From NCBI GenBank assembly GCA_000002435.2, contig CM018792.1: a DNA stretch of 64,000 nucleotides; one strand, written 5' to 3'. The stretch's first letter is position 1. Each line of letters starts with the position of its first letter. A program made the position numbers and the translations under genes. Below the pieces are notes generated by a model that was given only the letters and a program-made list of their open reading frames with translations, was not told the DNA's origin and did no database searches. The DNA is from Giardia intestinalis (Eukaryota). Positions 1 through 9,503 of the stretch are shown piece after piece.

Positions 1-3000
1 CGCATGAAAGACACTGGGTGCTTTGGGGACCCTGACATGTTTTACAGTCCGCATGACACGGCAGACACTGCGTCTGGTCACCACTCAAGTATGTTCCATC
101 CTGGCAGAGGCTACAAGCGCGACCTAGCTGCGACACGTCACAGGTTTCACAGTTGTCTATTGCACATGGAACGCAGCGCCCGTCAAGAGGAGTGTGGTGA
201 TCTGCGCATTCGCAGACCATCTGATTATAGAGGAGCGAGGGCACGCACATCCCTGTACCTCCACACGTACTGTCTGCACAGGTGGTCTTCATGCAGTGCT
301 TGAAGATATACTCCTCCGGAGGACGGATGTAGCCATCAGCACAGTCAGCGCACGTATCGCCTGCGTGACCCTCATTACACACGCATCTTCCACTTGTAGG
401 ATCGCACATGCCTCCGCCGTTGCAGACCGTCTGCCCAGCCTCTGAGGTGGTTGTGCATCCGGAGGTAACACAGAAGTATGTAATAGAGTAGCCCGCGCTA
501 GTATCGTCGATATTCTTATAGCCGCTTTCACAGGTGCAAGAGAACTCCTCCTGTTCCTCGGAGTACGTACACTTCCCGTGGCCACCGCACTCGTAACCCT
601 TGTCACCGATGGTAGATAAGCACATAACACTGAAACACCTATTAGGCTCCGTCCCAGGCGAATACCCAAGGTTACAGACACACTTGTACGAAGAATCCAC
701 GGCAGTGCACTTCCCAAAGCCACTACATTCGATCTGCTCACCATCGTAAGTGTCTATACAATTCGAATGAACACACCTCCCATCAACGTTAGAAAATCCA
801 TTGGCACATGCACACGAGTGAACATCATTTGTCGCAATGCACTCGCCGCCGCCACAGATAGAGGTCACTCCGTTTCCGTCCGTCTGCACACACTCAGAGA
901 CTATGCACTGCGACTTGCCAACAAGCGAGTACCCGTTGTTGCAGACACAGAACCCACCAGTCGTAGTCTCCTTGCAGCTACCTTGATCGCTGCAAACCAC
1001 CATATCCTCCCCGACTTGGCCGCAGCAATCTGGATGAGGGCACGTATAGGAATCTCCGGAGGGCACTGCCGGGGTGTTGTTGTCACATGCACACATGTAG
1101 CCGGTCCACATCTGAATGCACTGACCCCTTCCGCCGCAGACAACATTATTTCCATTGACATCCCGAGTGACGCATTTCTTGGGAACGCATGTTCCATTAA
1201 CGTTCACGTGCTGTGCAGTGCAAACACAAGAGAAGCCGGTGCCATCGCCCTTGTCCACACAGGCCGCGTGATGATCGCCGCCACAGTAAACGTTGTTTTC
1301 ATCGATACATCCGGCACGAACACACATTGAAAGAGACGCGGTTTTGACGTACCCACTGTTGCAAGTGCACCCATCGGAGGTGCAGGTCCCGGCACCAGCG
1401 AAGCCGCACTCGAGGTACAGATTACCGATTAAGCCAGGGATGGCTTCCCCGGCATCGATCACAACAATGCACTGCGCCAGCGTGCAGTATGGGCCGGTTG
1501 CATAGTATCCCTCTCCACAGTGACACTCATAGCTCCCAGTGACAGGGTTGTAGAAGCAGTCACCGATACCGCTGCAGACATAAGAGAGACTAGGCTCCAC
1601 TCCTTCCCTATCGGCTCCATAGGCCGTGCACGCACTTGGAGCGCAGTAGTTTGAATTAATCAGGGTGAACCCTCGGTTGCACGCACAGGTGGCGAGTTCA
1701 GGGTGCGTCTCATTGGCCACACACGTCCCTCTGCCCTCCCCTCCACAAAGCACAGTCGTGCGGTCCAGAGGGTCATGGTATCCGCAACCGATAGGATAGC
1801 AGCTAGAGCCGCTACCAAAGTATGGATATTCGCAAACGCAACCCCAGTATCCGTAAGTGTCAAGGGCACAAATCCCCAGGCCACCACACATCACGGTGGC
1901 ATCTGTCTCTGGGTCCTGCGTCAGACATGCGTTGGACACACAAGTACCTTTGAAGTACGTGGACCCCGGCCCGCAGAAGCATGTGTAGTCTCCGTGGTCG
2001 TCTTGGAGGCAGTCACCGAGACCGTTGCAATAAGAATCAGGATTCTGCAGAACCGTCTCGTCTGTTGTTCCCTTAAGGTCCGGATTTAAACAGGCCTTGT
2101 GGATGCATGATGTACGGTATTGCACGTCTCCGAGTTCGCTCTTGATAGCATCCTCCACAGTCACAAAGTTGAATGGGTCCTCACAGCTACAGGTAGATGT
2201 GAGCGCAGACAAACACTGTGGGGCCCCCGGATCGTCTATATACATAGTGTGCCCATCAAGAAGCCCGCAATATAGGTTCAGGGGATATTCCGTCTTTGAA
2301 GGATACGTGCAGCCCCTGTGGACAACCAGGGAGCTGTTATAAGCTACCAAATACTGGCTCTTATCTGGAGTCTTACAGTAAAACACGGAGTCAGCGTCAA
2401 CGCCGTATTGCGAACAAGTAGCTCCTTGTACCCCGTTGCAAATCGTGGGAGGAGATGTGGTGGAATCAGAGACGCACGCGGCCGCGGTGCAAGCATCATT
2501 GATCATATAAGCCGCAGGAGGCCGCCGTTCAGTGTTGCACTCGTTGCAGAGCGTCCCCTTCGTGACGCCATCACATTGACAGATCCAGTTTTCTGGCTTA
2601 GATGCGTCTGCGCTGGACGATGAGATAGTGGCTGTGCCGTTGCCACTGCAAACCCAACTGCCACTGATGAGCTTGGTGGGAATGCACCGCATGCTACGCA
2701 ACGTGAAGCCAGAATTACATTGGCAGCCGTTGGATGTGCATTGCCCCGCTCCGCTGCAAGTCTTATTGACGATGGAATCCCAGCACCCGGGCTTGGCGCA
2801 GACGTTTGTGCCGTGAGCCTCATACCCCTCGTGGCACTTACAGCGGTATGCAAAAAGCCCTTCCAGCACACAGTCTCCGTTGTTGCTGCAGACAGTGTTA
2901 TCGGCAACGCAGCTCTTGGCAACGCACTTTCCATTAATCGTAGTACCCCGCTGATTGTCACACACTTCACAATAGTCGCCGCTGGAATAGCTCATCGGGC

Positions 3001-3937
3001 ACTGACAGTAGTACGTATTTGGATTCGTAGGGTCTTCGCCGCCAGACACGCATGCTCCAATATCACTGCATGCTAAAGCCCCATCATTCTGTCGACAAGC
3101 GGGTGCGGTACAATGACCATCGGTAAGTTGAACAAAGCCGCTGAGACATCTGCAACTAAACTGGCTCCCGCTGCTCTCACAGACGCCACCAGTTCCACAC
3201 TCAGTTGCTACGCCCGCTTGGGTGGAGACGCAATTCAGCGGGAGACACTTTGCCGTGCCAACAAGCTGGTACGGATAGCCGCAACGACAGATGTAGCCCG
3301 TGGTGAGCTCCCCAGTAAATGGGTGTTGCTGGATATTCTCAACGCACTCTCCACGGCCCTGGCAAGGCTCTGTGTCCTCCCCATCATAGCAGGACATCGC
3401 GACGCAGGCGCGAAGAAGAGGATCAATCTTCCCAAATCTTGGGTCACAGTTCTGGCACTGGGACCCCGTGTGGATCAGATTGCAGGAGCAGATGTACACA
3501 TCAGGTCTGACCCGGTCTGCCTCCGAGGCGCCGTTGAAGATGCAGATCCCCTGACCACTGCAGGGACGCTCCGTGGTCACCCCGCCGGCCTCCTCGTCAC
3601 CATAGCAATACGAAGAGACACAGCGGCCGGAATACTGGTAGAAGCCGACCGGACAGCTTCCGCACTCCCAGGCGTTCTTGCTTTTCAAGTAGAGACACGT
3701 GCCCCTGCCGCCGCACTCCAAGCCATCCTCAATGCAGCTCGGCGGGATGCAGTTCTCCACAAGGTTAACAAATCCGCGGGAGCAACTGCTGCAATCGTAG
3801 CCCGTCCATCCGGGGGCGCAGACGCAGCGGTAGACCTCTCCGATAAGCGTGCAGGTCCCGTGGTCCCCGCACTCATAGCCCGTATCACCGCACGGCGCGG
3901 CCAGGCCGACCGCCAACATAAGAGACACCTTCAGCAT
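1..3937 (-). CDS. High-cysteine membrane protein (HCMP), VSP-like CXXC-rich ectodomain. N-terminus (MLKVSLMLAVGLAA signal peptide) is at 3937; the ORF runs continuously off the left window edge, so it is C-terminally truncated (>1310 aa in-window).
   Basis: Manual translation of the minus strand from ATG at 3937 gives a continuous Cys-rich frame with dozens of CxxC/GxCxxC repeats (e.g. ...CHADCKTCQGPQSTQCLSC at the window edge). The frame was checked at both ends. The ORF is absent from the track only because it has no in-window stop. An AT-rich initiator region lies immediately upstream (3938-3990). Confidence 0.8.
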   Translation of the reverse strand, partial: MLKVSLMLAVGLAAPCGDTGYECGDHGTCTLIGEVYRCVCAPGWTGYDCSSCSRGFVNLVENCIPPSCIEDGLECGGRGTCLYLKSKNAWECGSCPVGFYQYSGRCVSSYCYGDEEAGGVTTERPCSGQGICIFNGASEADRVRPDVYICSCNLIHTGSQCQNCDPRFGKIDPLLRACVAMSCYDGEDTEPCQGRGECVENIQQHPFTGELTTGYICRCGYPYQLVGTAKCLPLNCVSTQAGVATECGTGGVCESSGSQFSCRCLSGFVQLTDGHCTAPACRQNDGALACSDIGACVSGGEDPTNPNTYYCQCPMSYSSGDYCEVCDNQRGTTINGKCVAKSCVADNTVCSNNGDCVLEGLFAYRCKCHEGYEAHGTNVCAKPGCWDSIVNKTCSGAGQCTSNGCQCNSGFTLRSMRCIPTKLISGSWVCSGNGTATISSSSADASKPENWICQCDGVTKGTLCNECNTERRPPAAYMINDACTAAACVSDSTTSPPTICNGVQGATCSQYGVDADSVFYCKTPDKSQYLVAYNSSLVVHRGCTYPSKTEYPLNLYCGLLDGHTMYIDDPGAPQCLSALTSTCSCEDPFNFVTVEDAIKSELGDVQYRTSCIHKACLNPDLKGTTDETVLQNPDSYCNGLGDCLQDDHGDYTCFCGPGSTYFKGTCVSNACLTQDPETDATVMCGGLGICALDTYGYWGCVCEYPYFGSGSSCYPIGCGYHDPLDRTTVLCGGEGRGTCVANETHPELATCACNRGFTLINSNYCAPSACTAYGADREGVEPSLSYVCSGIGDCFYNPVTGSYECHCGEGYYATGPYCTLAQCIVVIDAGEAIPGLIGNLYLECGFAGAGTCTSDGCTCNSGYVKTASLSMCVRAGCIDENNVYCGGDHHAACVDKGDGTGFSCVCTAQHVNVNGTCVPKKCVTRDVNGNNVVCGGRGQCIQMWTGYMCACDNNTPAVPSGDSYTCPHPDCCGQVGEDMVVCSDQGSCKETTTGGFCVCNNGYSLVGKSQCIVSECVQTDGNGVTSICGGGECIATNDVHSCACANGFSNVDGRCVHSNCIDTYDGEQIECSGFGKCTAVDSSYKCVCNLGYSPGTEPNRCFSVMCLSTIGDKGYECGGHGKCTYSEEQEEFSCTCESGYKNIDDTSAGYSITYFCVTSGCTTTSEAGQTVCNGGGMCDPTSGRCVCNEGHAGDTCADCADGYIRPPEEYIFKHCMKTTCADSTCGGTGMCVPSLLYNQMVCECADHHTPLDGRCVPCAIDNCETCDVSQLGRACSLCQDGTYLSGDQTQCLPCHADCKTCQGPQSTQCLSC

Positions 3938-4131
3938 TATTTATTGGTGGTTAAATTTGCTGATTTATAGGCTTTTAGTGTGAACTTAAAATCGGTCGTG
4001 GGTGTCTGCAGTTGACCCACAGAGTTCCCTCTACACGCACGCAGTGACCGATTTTTCAACCCTGCCATCTGCGGCCAACTATCTTCAAAGCGACACGCCA
4101 AAGAAGAGCATCAAACCACGGGGTTTACTCT

Positions 4132-4443
4132 CTATCTGTAATAGTCTATCCACTGGACACGGACATCCTGGTTGGCCGGCACGTCGAGCTCGAAGATTGC
4201 CTCTTGTGGCCCCTGGCGCACGTCAAAGTCTCCCCGTTCCTTGGTAATTTCGCCGATCGTCACGTCGAGGCCCTCGCAGTTAGAGATTGCAATGGCCACG
4301 GTCAGGCGCGTGGCGCTGCGGAGCCGAAACTGCACATGCCCGATCCCTCCCGGACATGCTAGGCGAAGCACACTCCCGCTGAGCTCTGCCGTTGCCCCCT
4401 CTCGCGCGTTAACGACCTCGATCTCCCCCGGATTCCCGTCCAT
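4132..4443 (-). CDS. Small hypothetical protein (103 aa, MDGNPGEIEVVNAREG...). Transcribed divergently from RPL7.
   Basis: ATG at 4443 preceded by an AT-rich tract. The longer track ORF (to 4638) would overlap the RPL7 start and is unlikely. No recognisable domain. Confidence 0.35.
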   Translation of the reverse strand: MDGNPGEIEVVNAREGATAELSGSVLRLACPGGIGHVQFRLRSATRLTVAIAISNCEGLDVTIGEITKERGDFDVRQGPQEAIFELDVPANQDVRVQWIDYYR

Positions 4444-4531
4444 CTCGACTATTCTGGGAAGCCTGCCCAATAATATTGTAAACCATTTGAATTTGATTTC
4501 TAGGTGATTATTAGTTGAGCCCCCGAACGAG
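4444..4531. promoter_or_regulatory. 88-bp AT-rich bidirectional intergenic or initiator region shared by the 4443(-) ORF and RPL7(+).
   Basis: Sequence taatattgtaaaccatttgaatttgatttctaggtgattattag. Giardia promoters are short AT-rich elements adjacent to the ATG. Confidence 0.4.
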
Positions 4532-5239
4532 ATGCCTATCCCCGAGCTCGTCCTCAAGCACCGCAGGAAGGTCCAGCGTGACATCCGCTCAGCGGCCGAG
4601 CGCGCGACTGAGAAGGAGAAGCGGGCCGCGCTGGTCAAGGATCACGCGGTCAAGTCTGCCCAGGTCTACGCCCGATACTACATTGATCTCGTGGAGTCGG
4701 AGAAGAAGGCGCGCGAGAACGCTCTCAAGAACAACCAGCTCTACGTCCCCGACGAGCCGAAGGTGTACCTCGTCGTGCGCATACGCGGTATCGTCGGAGT
4801 CGCCCCCAAGGTTCGCACGATCCTGAGTCTCCTTCGCCTCCGCCAGATCAACAACGCAGTCTTCATGCGCTGCAACAAGGCGACGCTCAACGCCCTCCGC
4901 ATAGTCGACCATTACGTCACGTATGGCGAGCCCACCGTGGAGACCATCCGCAACCTTATCTACAAAAGAGGGTTCGCGAAGGTCAACGGCCAGCGCATCC
5001 CTATTGTCGACAACAATCTCATCGACGAGCAGCTCAGCAAGCACAACATCCTCTGCGCAGAAGACCTTGTCCACGAGATCTTCACCTGCGGCTCGAGCTT
5101 CAAAGAGGCAAACAACTTCCTGTGGCCGTTCCAGCTGAACTCCGCGGCTCTCAAGGACAAGCGCAACAACTTTGCAGAGGGCGGTGACTTTGGGTACCGC
5201 GGGAAGTACATCAATGAGTTTGTTGCCCGAATGATCTAA
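4532..5239 (+). CDS. RPL7: 60S ribosomal protein L7 (uL30)
   Basis: Strong similarity to eukaryotic L7 across the whole length (YVPDEPKVYLVVRIRGIVGVAPKVRTILSLLRLRQINNAVF...NNFLWPFQLNSAALKDKRNNFAEGGDFGYRGKYINEFVARMI). AGTAAAC polyA signal at 5243-5249, 4 bp after the stop. Confidence 0.92.
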   Translation: MPIPELVLKHRRKVQRDIRSAAERATEKEKRAALVKDHAVKSAQVYARYYIDLVESEKKARENALKNNQLYVPDEPKVYLVVRIRGIVGVAPKVRTILSLLRLRQINNAVFMRCNKATLNALRIVDHYVTYGEPTVETIRNLIYKRGFAKVNGQRIPIVDNNLIDEQLSKHNILCAEDLVHEIFTCGSSFKEANNFLWPFQLNSAALKDKRNNFAEGGDFGYRGKYINEFVARMI

Positions 5240-5242
5240 GAC

Positions 5243-5249
5243 AGTAAAC
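5243..5249 (+). terminator. Giardia polyadenylation signal AGTAAAC for RPL7
   Basis: AGTRAAY consensus located 4 nt after the stop codon. Confidence 0.55.
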
Positions 5250-5264
5250 GGTGACCGATTTTGG

Positions 5265-7517
5265 ATGGGGGACGGAGAGGCCCGGTACATCACCCGCGTG
5301 AGCCACACCTCTCAGCGGGCAGCAAAGCTCTACTCCGGGGTCCAGCGAGTCGAGTGCAAGACCCGAAGGCGGAAGGGACGCGCCTTAAAGGAGAAGCTGC
5401 AGCAGGCTCGGTGTGCCGCCTCGTCTGCAGATCTAGACCCCTGGCTCACTGAGATTGTTCCTGTGGCTGAGGTAGACATCGTAGAACCAGAGATTCTTGT
5501 ACAGGTCGAGGGGACATGCCCTGAATCAGCCGAAGGGCAGGTGCCGGCGAGTATCCTCCCACTGCTACAGACAAAGTTCCCCTGTGCAACCGAACAAGAT
5601 GCAAAGCTAGTAGCGCCCCTCCTTGATTCTGTCAAGCCCGTAATAATCCTCTCCAGCGAAGCTCCCCTCAAGTACATTACGCTGCCGTTACTTTTGGGAT
5701 CCCCCAAAGTGATGCTGTTTGTGTCCTCGAGCATCACGCGGCGGGAGTCTTTTCTCTACAGTGTTAATACACGAAAGCAGACAGGCGGGCCACAGAAATC
5801 TTATGGGGTTCACTGGGGATATGGATTCAAAAGTCTGGCAGAGTATATTCCATTTGCCGATATATCCTACTATTGCTCAATGGAGCAGATTGAAGCCTAC
5901 AGGCGTGCGCTATGGAAGAATACCCCCAGGGCCGTGGCTGACATGCTTGACACCAGATTTGTCTTAGCCGTTGCAATCTCGTGCCAGGACTTCCTCTCGT
6001 GCCCATTTCAGCATTTCCTCTCCCTTGTGAAGACCCCAGTTCACCACCTAGTCTTAGACTGGGACTCTCGACTCAGAGATATAGCCTTAAATCGGGCCGC
6101 TGCTTTATGTAAGCCTGCCCGACAGATTGTCGTTATAGAAAGGGCGCCACCAATTAGCCATGAAGTAGGTACACACTTGCAACTTAGACAGGTTTATGTG
6201 AAGACCTTTTCAGAGGGCATGCAGGTGCTTGCTGATAGTGGAAGGTTAACCGAACCGTCATCCATGCTTTGCATAGTAGACTCAACGAACATACTACACC
6301 CTAACAAGAGTGCTAGTGTCACAGACAGTGGAGCACTTTGTGTACACCTTAGCACACTTCTGGAATCTTGGACTATTGAGTACCTGGTGCTGTCAGCAAA
6401 GTATGAGCCCTTTGCCTTAAGCCAGATTGACACGCTGGTTTTGGATTGCATAGCTGTACCTACTCAGCTTGTCATTGATAGCATATGTCTTCGCAGTGGC
6501 CTTTCCACAATGAGAGGATTGACTTTTGTTGCTCAGATTGTTTCTCCTAATGCAGTTTTTCAACACATCCAAAGACTGCTGATCAAAAGTCTCACGTCCA
6601 TTCTTTATGGATTTCTGATTGGAAGCCTGCTTTCATCCCAGATCCGATCCACGACTGATGAGCATGTTGTTCTTAGCTTTCAGCGTCTGAGCTTCCAGTT
6701 GAGATTCTTGACAGGGCTAGTGGCTCCTCCTCTCGACGCAGATCTCTGGTGGAATGCTATGTCCGATGTAGCCGCATCCATGGGTCTGTCTCTGCATAGC
6801 TTCGGTCACGAAGTTTATACGTACAAGCTGCTAGGATCAATGAAGCAAGCGACCATTGAACGCAAATATCCTGTCTGCCAATTGATCAAGCAGGCATGCG
6901 AACTAGAAAGCACGCCAGAGCGTTTTACCATGCGAACCCTGCTCTGTCTTATGTCAACCTCTCCACCGAACGGAGTCCCCCTAGATCATGCAGATTTAGA
7001 GAGCCACCTAGCGGCTATCCACGACGCTGAATCGCAGATGGTATGCTGTCCACGCTACACTGAGCTTCCACCCTGCATATTGTTTTCCCGAACGTCGGTT
7101 GAAAATTCAGACCTCACATCTGTTAGCAACCGGTATGCTACCAAAGTTCTTGAGGATCTGAGAATGGGCCTGGACTCCCTGTTGGTTCAATTGATAGAAA
7201 ACTACAGCAAAGAGCTTAGAGATAGTGTACAGTCAGAGTACTCAGATCTCAGTAAGCATGCAGAAGCCGTGCCTTCTGTCAAGCTTTGGAAGGAAAGACT
7301 AGTTAGCCTGCAACGTGCAACCGGGAAGGAGTATAATCCAATTGCCGCATGCATTTCTCTGCTCGCTGAGGACTCCATGGACACTTACCAACTGCACACC
7401 ATCACCGCACTGAAACTATCTTTGGATCACGTTGCTGACCAATGCAGCTTATTCGCTGGAGTCGCTAAGCATATGCTTAAGGCGACTGACGATTTCTTCA
7501 ATCGTCTGAATGTCTAG
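5265..7517 (+). CDS. Hypothetical protein, 750 aa, Leu-rich, no recognisable domain.
   Basis: Long uninterrupted ORF starting 25 bp after RPL7 with coding-like composition. No conserved motif identified by eye. Confidence 0.5.
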   Translation: MGDGEARYITRVSHTSQRAAKLYSGVQRVECKTRRRKGRALKEKLQQARCAASSADLDPWLTEIVPVAEVDIVEPEILVQVEGTCPESAEGQVPASILPLLQTKFPCATEQDAKLVAPLLDSVKPVIILSSEAPLKYITLPLLLGSPKVMLFVSSSITRRESFLYSVNTRKQTGGPQKSYGVHWGYGFKSLAEYIPFADISYYCSMEQIEAYRRALWKNTPRAVADMLDTRFVLAVAISCQDFLSCPFQHFLSLVKTPVHHLVLDWDSRLRDIALNRAAALCKPARQIVVIERAPPISHEVGTHLQLRQVYVKTFSEGMQVLADSGRLTEPSSMLCIVDSTNILHPNKSASVTDSGALCVHLSTLLESWTIEYLVLSAKYEPFALSQIDTLVLDCIAVPTQLVIDSICLRSGLSTMRGLTFVAQIVSPNAVFQHIQRLLIKSLTSILYGFLIGSLLSSQIRSTTDEHVVLSFQRLSFQLRFLTGLVAPPLDADLWWNAMSDVAASMGLSLHSFGHEVYTYKLLGSMKQATIERKYPVCQLIKQACELESTPERFTMRTLLCLMSTSPPNGVPLDHADLESHLAAIHDAESQMVCCPRYTELPPCILFSRTSVENSDLTSVSNRYATKVLEDLRMGLDSLLVQLIENYSKELRDSVQSEYSDLSKHAEAVPSVKLWKERLVSLQRATGKEYNPIAACISLLAEDSMDTYQLHTITALKLSLDHVADQCSLFAGVAKHMLKATDDFFNRLNV

Positions 7518-7567
7518 TCTCCTCCAATGAAAAGGCCTGACTGCCCACAATCACTTTACAACAAAAA

Positions 7568-8140
7568 ATGGGCAAAGTGGATCTGGGAGACCAGGCTATG
7601 GAGCTGAAGTTTGCTGGTAAACAGCTCGAGAACCAGGCCAGGGGACTGGAGAAAGACGTAACCAAGCTGCGAGATGAGGTTGCGCGACTTATCAACCAGA
7701 ACAATCGCGAACTCGCCAACACAAAGGCAAACCTCCTGGTCGCGAAGCAGAACCAGATAAACCAGCTTTATAAGCTCGCCGGTCAGATGGAGATCATGGC
7801 CACCCAAATGGAGATAGGAGGACTGATGATGGAGAACGCGAAGGAAATCAAAAAGGTGAACAAGAATGTGCAGAAAGCGCTGGCCACGATGGACACGAGT
7901 GCCCTTGCGAAGATTATGCACGACTTCGCAAAGACCGACAAGAACCTCTCCATGAACACTGCCTTCATGGGCCAGATGATGGGTGAGCAGACGAGCGCCA
8001 CCATGGACTCCCAGGTCGCCGCCAAGCTGATCAGGGAGATCGCGATGGAGCAGAGCATCGCGCTCCCGTCGTCGTTTGCGGACCTGACCGTCCAGCAGGA
8101 GGCCGCGGCGGAGCCCGAAAGAGCGGCGGAGATGGTGTAA
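7568..8140 (+). CDS. ESCRT-III subunit, Snf7 family, CHMP1/Vps46/Did2-like
   Basis: Helical-hairpin protein with a charged C-terminus. Motif-level matches to CHMP1: LKFAGKQL (LKFAAKEL), KANLLVAKQNQINQLYKLAGQME (AENAIRQKNQAVNFLRMSARVD), TSALAKIMHDFAKT (LEKISALMDKFE), and a C-terminal MIM-like QVAAKLIREIAMEQSIAL. Confidence 0.65.
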   Translation: MGKVDLGDQAMELKFAGKQLENQARGLEKDVTKLRDEVARLINQNNRELANTKANLLVAKQNQINQLYKLAGQMEIMATQMEIGGLMMENAKEIKKVNKNVQKALATMDTSALAKIMHDFAKTDKNLSMNTAFMGQMMGEQTSATMDSQVAAKLIREIAMEQSIALPSSFADLTVQQEAAAEPERAAEMV

Positions 8141-8141
8141 A

Positions 8142-8224
8142 TGCACGCTGTGGGGTTCGAACCCACGCGGGGTCGCCCCCATGAGAGCCTAAATCTCACG
8201 CCTTAACCACTCGGCCAAACGTGC
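8142..8224 (-). tRNA. tRNA-Leu (anticodon TAG), type II with a long variable arm, 83 nt.
   Basis: Minus-strand read GCACGTT-TG-GCC-GAGTGGTTAAG-GGC-G-TGAGA-TTTAGGC-TCTCA-TGGGGGCGACCCCGCG-GTGGG-TTCGAAC-CCCAC-AGCGTGC-A. It has a 7-bp acceptor stem with one G-U pair, a 3-bp D stem, a 5-bp anticodon stem with loop TT-TAG-GC, a GGGG/CCCC variable arm and a GGTTCGAAC T-loop. It occupies the 94-bp gap between the ESCRT gene and RPL3. Confidence 0.75.
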
Positions 8225-8312
8225 GCGCTCGCGCGTGGAGCCGGGAGGCAGGCGTGTCCGTATGCCTAACCAATTTGAATTCATTTCCGGGTCTGAAAAG
8301 ACAAGGCCCGCG

Positions 8313-9452
8313 ATGTCCCACCGCAAGTTCTCGTGCTGCCGCAAGGGCAACCTCGGCTACCTCCCCCGCAAGCGCTGCACGCGCGGCCGCGGGCGCTGCA
8401 AGACCTTCCCACCAGACGTCCAGGGCGCGCCCATCCACCTCACGGCCTTCCTCGGCTACAAGGCCGGCTGCACGCACGTCATGCGCTTCATCGACCACCG
8501 CGGCTCGAACCTCCACAACCGCCAGGCCATCGACCAGGCGACAATCATCGACGCCCCGCCAATGATCTGCACGGCCATCATCGGGTACGCCAAGACCCCG
8601 AAGGGCCTCCGCGCCGTGACGACCGTCTGGGCCGCCCACATCGCCGAGCCCGCCATGCGTCGCTTCTACCGCAACTACTTCCACGCGGAGAAGACGGCCT
8701 TCTCGACCTACATGAAGAAGGCCGCCGACGGCACATACATCAAGGAGCAGCTTGGGCGCCTTAAGCAGCACGCTGACGTCATCCGCATTGTCGCCCACAC
8801 CCAGCCTGCCCTGACGCCCCTGAAGCAAAAGAAGGCCGACATCATGGAAATCCAGGTCAACGGCGGAGCGAACGTGGCCGAGAAGGTCGACTATGCGTAC
8901 GCCCTCATGGAGAAGCCGATCTCGATCAAGGACGTCTTCAGCGTGGGAGCACAGATCGACACCATCTCCATCACGCGCGGCCGTGGGTTCGAAGGCGTCG
9001 TCACCCGCTGGGGCGTCACCCGTCTTCCGCGTAAGACCCGCCGCGGAAACCGCAAAGTTGCCTGCATCGGTGCCTGGCACCCGGCCAACGTCCAGTATAC
9101 TGTCGCCCGCGCCGGTCAGATGGGTTACTTCCACCGCACGGACACCAATAAGCAGGTCTTTATGATTGACACAGCGGAGAACCCCAGGTGCTGCACAACG
9201 GAGTTCGATCTGACAGACAAGAGCATCAACCCGGTCGGCGGCTTTGTCAACTACGGCCGCGTCCAGGGAGACTTCATCATGATCAAGGGCACGTGCCCAG
9301 GACCCAAGCGCCGCCCGGTTGTCATGCGCAATGCCCTCCTCCCTCACCGCAACTGTCCTCCGGTCCAGCTTCAGTGGATCAGCACGGCCTCCAAGTTCGG
9401 TCACGGTATCTTCGAGACCGTTGAGGAGCGCAGGCAGTTCTACGCCAAGTAG
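8313..9452 (+). CDS. RPL3: 60S ribosomal protein L3 (uL3)
   Basis: Canonical N-terminus MSHRKFSCCRKGNLGYLPRKR and L3 body (...WGVTRLPRKTRRGNRKVACIGAWHPANVQYTVARAGQMGYFHRT...). The true ATG is at 8313; the track ORF starts upstream at a GTG at 8235. AGTGAAC polyA signal at 9468-9474. Confidence 0.92.
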   Translation: MSHRKFSCCRKGNLGYLPRKRCTRGRGRCKTFPPDVQGAPIHLTAFLGYKAGCTHVMRFIDHRGSNLHNRQAIDQATIIDAPPMICTAIIGYAKTPKGLRAVTTVWAAHIAEPAMRRFYRNYFHAEKTAFSTYMKKAADGTYIKEQLGRLKQHADVIRIVAHTQPALTPLKQKKADIMEIQVNGGANVAEKVDYAYALMEKPISIKDVFSVGAQIDTISITRGRGFEGVVTRWGVTRLPRKTRRGNRKVACIGAWHPANVQYTVARAGQMGYFHRTDTNKQVFMIDTAENPRCCTTEFDLTDKSINPVGGFVNYGRVQGDFIMIKGTCPGPKRRPVVMRNALLPHRNCPPVQLQWISTASKFGHGIFETVEERRQFYAK

Positions 9453-9467
9453 GCCGACCGTGTGCCA

Positions 9468-9474
9468 AGTGAAC
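9468..9474 (+). terminator. Polyadenylation signal AGTGAAC for RPL3
   Basis: AGTRAAY consensus 16 nt after the stop. Confidence 0.5.
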
Positions 9475-9503
9475 CAGGCGCTCCTCCGTTTACTTTGCAA
9501 TGT

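Noticed and set aside
3113-3970. 285-aa plus-strand ORF (and the many 60-160-aa ORFs on both strands between 4 and 3970).
   Set aside because: They are shadow or antisense frames of the GC-rich HCMP gene on the minus strand, with Ala/Arg-rich low-complexity translations and no start context.
8196-9500. 434-aa minus-strand ORF.
   Set aside because: It is exactly antisense to ribosomal protein L3. The translation is Ala/Arg/Gly-rich nonsense and overlaps the tRNA.
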